NCBI GenBank assembly: GCA_964016885.1
Contig: OZ024752.1
Coordinates: forward strand, 40,796,001-40,860,000
DNA: 64,000 nucleotides
Direction: 5' to 3'
Origin: Eledone cirrhosa
Lineage: Eukaryota
In this document: piece after piece, positions 57,801-64,000 of the stretch
Numbering within the stretch: the first letter of the stretch is position 1
Layout of the letters: each line of letters opens with the position of its first letter
The notes under the pieces: generated by a model
What the model was told of the DNA's origin: nothing
Seen by the model: the letters and a program-made list of their open reading frames with translations, nothing else
Databases searched by the model: none
Made by a program: the position numbers and the translations under genes

Positions 57801-58113
57801 GTGAAGTCCAGAAGAGATAATTGCGCCAGATGATCATAAAGTTTGGTACAACACAGTACAGTGATTAGTGTCACTCCACTTTTTTCTATATTCCACAGCA
57901 GTTTCTACCATGTGAAATTTGTTGTTTCGTATGAATAGGTTTTATTTAAACCCAGTAGAAGAAGGAGATAAAGTCAAGTTTTCTAAGTCATCGAATATTA
58001 TGGTAACGATAAAAGATAATAATTGTTTCTACTTTTGGCACAAGGACGGATATTATTCCAGTACATTACTGGTACTTTATTTTATCGACCCCAGATCGAT
58101 ACAAATCAAACCT

Positions 58114-58152
58114 TGAGCTGATCAATAGCGAAACACGCGTCACCAAACAATA
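58114..58152 (+). ncRNA. HHR 3' part, truncated in the core
   Basis: TGA-GCT[gatcaat]AGC-GAAA-CACGCG-TC-accaaac-AATAAA. Confidence 0.55.
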
Positions 58153-58192
58153 AACGTAATGAAAGCCTAGTCATTCGTCCTTGTATTATTAT

Positions 58193-58591
58193 ATTGTTTC
58201 TACTTTAGGCATAAGGCCAGCAATTACCCCAGTGTATTACTGGTATTTTATTTTATCGACCCCGTAAGGATGACAGGTAAAGTTAACCTCGGCGGGATTT
58301 GAACTCAGAATGGCAAGGGCCGTAACTCTATGCGTCAAAGCATGGCGTCCGACCCTCTACCGATACTGTCAAACCACCGTCCTTGTATTATATTACACTA
58401 TGTATTATATTACACTATTATCGGTAGAGGGTCGGACGCCATGCTTTGAAGCATAGAGTTACCTCCCTGTATGATCTGAGTTCAAATCCCGCCGAGGTTA
58501 ACTTTGCCTTTCATCCTTACGGGGTCGATAGAATAAAGTACCAGTAATACATTGGGTAATTTCTGGCCTTGTGCCAAAAGTAGAAACAATT
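58193..58591. mobile_element. Head-to-head pair of SINE A copies (58193-58380 minus, 58420-58591 plus); 3' fragment 58018-58093
   Basis: Full units in divergent orientation. Confidence 0.88.
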
Positions 58592-58654
58592 ATATTACAC
58601 TCTGTCTAGCTCTACACCTCGATACTGGCGTGAACCTAAACATCGAGTGCTCAA

Positions 58655-59008
<354 letters not shown>

Positions 59009-59013
<5 letters not shown>

Positions 59014-59220
59014 TAAGAGGAATTCCAACTTTGTCTGATTTACTCGTTTTATTTACAATCCTTTAAAATATATATAATGGTATTATATATATTATTATAA
59101 TACCATTATATATATTTTAAAGGATTGTAAATAAAACGAGTAAATCAGACAAAGTTGGAATTCCTCTTATTAATATAATCTTCTAGACACAATCATACAC
59201 ACCCGTGTATATTTACCTAT
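59009..59220 (+). mobile_element. Fold-back element with tail (fragment also at about 10893-10945)
   Basis: Arms about 59009-59085 / 59096-59173, tail about 45 nt, (TA)n flanks. Confidence 0.75.
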
Positions 59221-59227
59221 CTATATC

Positions 59228-59253
<26 letters not shown>

Positions 59254-59258
<5 letters not shown>

Positions 59259-59492
59259 GTTTGTATATGTATAATAAAGCCAAAACAATTCAGGTATGGA
59301 CATAGAATAAAGAATGCAAATGCAAAAGATATTGTTGACAATTAGTCTTTCACCTTAGATTTATTTAAATGTCCTTAATTTTCGACAATATCTTTTGCAT
59401 TTGCATTCTTTATTCTATGTCCATACCTGCATTGTTTTCGCTTTATTATACATATACAAACGTTTATACCTCATTACACAATGCTTCAAGTG

Positions 59493-59496
<4 letters not shown>
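59254..59496 (+). mobile_element. Fold-back element with tail
   Basis: Arms about 59254-59344 / 59375-59467, tail about 30 nt, (TA)n flanks. Confidence 0.75.
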
Positions 59497-59571
<75 letters not shown>

Positions 59572-59573
<2 letters not shown>

Positions 59574-59730
59574 TGTTTCGTTTCTGAATTTGTTGTGGAA
59601 CCAACCAACCAACCAGAAATTTATAAATTTGTAGATTTGTAAATTTATAAATTTATAAATATATAATAAATTGAAGTGAAAGCAACTGGTGCGTGTGTTT
59701 CTTATTGGCAACATGACCCTCCCAAAGTAT

Positions 59731-59774
<44 letters not shown>

Positions 59775-59792
59775 ATACTTGGGGAGGGTCAT
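59572..59792. mobile_element. Rearranged copy of the 12433 family
   Basis: Inverted tail tttcgtttctgaatttgtt fused to the arm; the end is mirrored across (TA)n at about 59768-59792. Confidence 0.75.
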
Positions 59793-60017
59793 ATTAAAAT
59801 AATAACAGAAAACACTGTTTGGTTGGTTTTCGTTTCTGTATCTTTTATATCAGTTAATTCATTCGGTCCTCAATGTTTACCGTTGACTGACCAACGGTCA
59901 AAAATACAGATATAATATAGATATTAACACATATATATACTCCAACAATGTCCTTTCGTCAGTGGTGCTATTATGTTCCTCCTGTTGAATTGTATATTTA
60001 CGCCATCCATCTTTATT

Positions 60018-60111
<94 letters not shown>

Positions 60112-60112
60112 G

Positions 60113-60292
60113 GGGAGGCTCATGGCCTAATGGTAAGAGTGTTGGACTTACGATCATAATGTCGTGGGTTCGATTCCTGGGCTGCGTGTTGTGTTCTTGA
60201 GCAAAACACTTCATTTCACGTTGCTCCAGTATACTCAGCTGAAAATGAGTACCAGCAATAGCTGGAGGTTTAACCCTGCGATGGACTGGCGT
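60113..60292 (+). mobile_element. tRNA-derived SINE family B relative
   Basis: tggcctaatggtaagag...ggttcgattcc...ttcttgagcaaaacactt...aaccctgcgatggactggcgt. Confidence 0.8.
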
Positions 60293-60679
60293 AATTTACT
60301 TAGCTTTTCGTTCCAACAGAATTTACTGAGCTTAAATAGGAATCACTTGCTCTCTTCTTCTTCTCCTTCTTCTACGTTTTTCAATCACCCCCCACCCCCC
60401 ACCCACCACGTTTTTTATTCTTCTTACATTTTTCAGTTTAAATTTGCTAATTTGGCACTGCCACCATCCAGCTAGCTAGCCAAGAAGAGGCAATCAATTT
60501 CACCAAGTTAAATAATTTGGTATCGGTCGCGGTAATATGACATGATGGCTGGCTGTCATTGATTTGTAACCATAGCAACATCTGTCGAGGATATTTGAAT
60601 TTTTCATTTTCATCCAGTGCAGCGTAATTTCTTTCGTTTCAATCAAATAAAAGAGTAAAATAGTATATATATTAAAATA

Positions 60680-60773
<94 letters not shown>

Positions 60774-60965
60774 ATATAAATATATATATGTATATATGTA
60801 TATATATCTATATATATATATGTATATGTATATTTATATATATGTCTATACATCTATATATCTATACATATATATATAAATATATAAATATTTATATATA
60901 TATTTATATATATATATTTATATATATACACACACATACACATTGGAGGATGCACGTGTTTCTGG

Positions 60966-61016
<51 letters not shown>

Positions 61017-61125
61017 TATATATACATATATATATATATTTATATACATATATACAACACACACACACACATATATATATTTATATATATTCATTTGTGT
61101 GTGTGTGTATATATATATATGTATG

Positions 61126-61218
<93 letters not shown>

Positions 61219-61450
61219 TTATATATTAAGTCATTGAACATATCTGAACCATAATATCGTACACACTTGCGTATACAGATTTACACATATTTGGGTGTAT
61301 AAAAAAACCACAAATATTTTTAGCCTACATCTTTGTATGTATGTATGTATATATGTATGTCTGTGTGAGTACGTATGCGTATGTGCCAATGTGTGTGTAT
61401 ATATGTGTATGCATGAGTTGAGAACTTGGAGGATGCACGTGTTTGTGGGT

Positions 61451-61627
<177 letters not shown>

Positions 61628-61674
61628 TATATATATATATATATATATATGATTATATATATATATATATATAT

Positions 61675-61817
<143 letters not shown>

Positions 61818-61922
61818 CTCTGTATTCTTTCACATACTTTTATATTGTATATACTGTTATATTACTGACAAAGGGCAATATGATATAAAATATTCATATT
61901 ATATATACATATATATATATAT

Positions 61923-61987
<65 letters not shown>

Positions 61988-62049
61988 TATTTGTGCATGT
62001 ATGCATGTATATATATATATATATAAAAATATGCACATATCTATGTGTT

Positions 62050-62086
<37 letters not shown>

Positions 62087-62189
62087 TTGTCTATGTGTGC
62101 GTGCATTTATATGTATGTATGTTTGTATCTATATATATATATATATATATATATATCACACATACATAGAGACGTACAAAAAAAAAGAT

Positions 62190-62302
62190 ATGTTGGTGTG
62201 CGTCTGTGTGTGTATACGTGTGTGTCTGTGTGTGTATACGTGTGTATGTGTATGAGTGTGTGTATGGGCGCGCGTGTGTGTCTGTGTGTGTGTAAACGTG
62301 TG

Positions 62303-62333
<31 letters not shown>

Positions 62334-62352
62334 ATACGTGTGTGTCTGTGTG

Positions 62353-62383
<31 letters not shown>

Positions 62384-63404
62384 ATACGTGTGTGTCTGTG
62401 TGTGTGTGTGTTTGTATACGTGTGTGTCTGTGTGTGTATACGTGTGTGTGTGTGTGTGTTTGTATACGTGTGTGTCTGTGTGTGTGTGTTTGTATACGTG
62501 TGTGTCTGTGTGTGTATACGTGTGTGCGTGTGTGTCTGTGTGTGTGTGTGTGTATGAGTGTGTGTGTGTGTGTGAGTGTGTGTCTGTGTGTGTATACGTG
62601 TGTGTGTGTGTGTGTGTGTGTGTTTGTATACGTGTGTGTCTGTGTGTGTGTGTGTGTTTGTATACGTGTGTGTATGTGTGTGTATACGTGTGTCTGTGTG
62701 TGTCTGTGTGTGTCTGTGTGTGTCTGTGTGTGTGTGAGTGTGTGTCTGTGTTTTTAGATGTGTGTGTGTGTTTGTGTGTGTCTGTGTGTGTATACGCGCG
62801 TGTGTGTGTATACGTGTGTGTGTGTACAGAGAGGGGAAAGAACAGAAAGTGACAGTAGATTCAGTATTTGAGGTATGATCACAGCGAGTGCTGCACAACG
62901 ATCTGTCAGATTTCTGATCTGGATGCTGGGAGACTCAAGTTCGTTTTCATCCTTCGTTCGAAGTTTGGTATTTTCAATATCAATAAATAATGATATGGTA
63001 CTGTGTCAGTTCGGACTGGAAATAGCTGCAGACAGGAATTGTGGGGAGAGTGTAAACGACAGAATGAAGGAAGGGTGGGAGAAGGAAGGATGGGAGAAGG
63101 AAGGAAGAAAGAAAGAAGGAAGAAAGGAAAGAAGGAAAGAAGGAAAGGATGGAAGAAAGTAAGGGTGGAAGGGAGAAAGAAAGAAACGGAAGAAAGGATG
63201 GAAGAAAGAAAGAAAGAAAGGATGGAATAAATAAATAAATAAATAAATAAAGAAATAAAGAAATAAAGAAAGAAAGAAAGAAAGAATGAATAAAAGAAAG
63301 AATGACTGAAAGAATAAAAGGAAGAAAGAAGGACTGAAAGAAAGAAATAAAGACAGAAAGAAAGAACGAAAGAAAGAACCAATGAAAGAAAGAAGAACCA
63401 ATCA

Positions 63405-63492
<88 letters not shown>

Positions 63493-63570
63493 ACCAATGA
63501 AAGAAAGAAAGAAAGAAAGAAAGGCAGAGTGAACCAATGAAAGACAGAAAGAATGAAAGAAAGAAAGCCA
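62190..63570. repeat. (GT)n tract with gtatacgt markers 62190-62825; (GAAA)n tract about 63062-63570
   Basis: Direct reading. Confidence 0.92.
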
Positions 63571-63882
63571 GAGCGAGACATGACAGTATGTTAGAATGTT
63601 AATTTGTGAATGAGTGAGATTAACAGAGCGAGAGGAAGAAATAGGTATTGTCAAAGATCGTGAAACAAAATGGCTGTTTTGGATTGTTAAAGGGACCTGT
63701 GGTGGTAAATACAGACGGAGAATGAAAGGATGAGAGGGAATTAATCAGAAATGGAAGGTTTATTGGGAATTGGGAAGAAACTGTTAAATCAATAAGCATG
63801 GTCATTGATTAATTAAGAACATGTATCGATGAAACAAAACAAGCGAACACAAAAACACACACATAAACATATAAATGCATAC

Positions 63883-63916
<34 letters not shown>

Positions 63917-64000
63917 GTTTCTACTTTTGGCACAAGGCCAGCAATTAATCAAAAGAAATCAGAAATGGAACGCATAAATATATAAATACATATGTATATA

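Noticed and set aside
62830-63030. Possible minus-strand exon after a ctgcag acceptor; similar case at 54430-54700
   Set aside because: Frames stop early or match no family I recognise.

Overview
AT-rich, microsatellite-saturated animal genomic DNA. The tRNA/Meta-type SINE and (TA)n load suggest an octopod cephalopod, but this is inference. I can support no host protein-coding gene: nearly all ORF-track entries are microsatellite read-through. Recognisable content: about 20 copies or fragments of a tRNA-derived SINE (including head-to-head tandem arrays), a second tRNA SINE, decayed non-LTR retrotransposon pieces (R4/Dong-like, RTE, CRE-like, R2/Hero-like), mariner/hAT-like remnants and two minisatellites. 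The main signal is a dense set of short fold-back elements with a one-sided 3' tail, inserted in (TA)n tracts. Many carry minimal hammerhead ribozyme (HHR) motifs: about 10 full or near-full cores plus several 3' halves, from sequence-unrelated families, i.e. Penelope-like pseudo-LTR/retrozyme-type elements. Several families share a C-C mismatch at stem II position 4, a palindromic stem III (often ATATATAT), inversion or truncation points inside stem II, and an ACTC...GAGT tail motif. All structures were folded by eye; coordinates are hand-counted.
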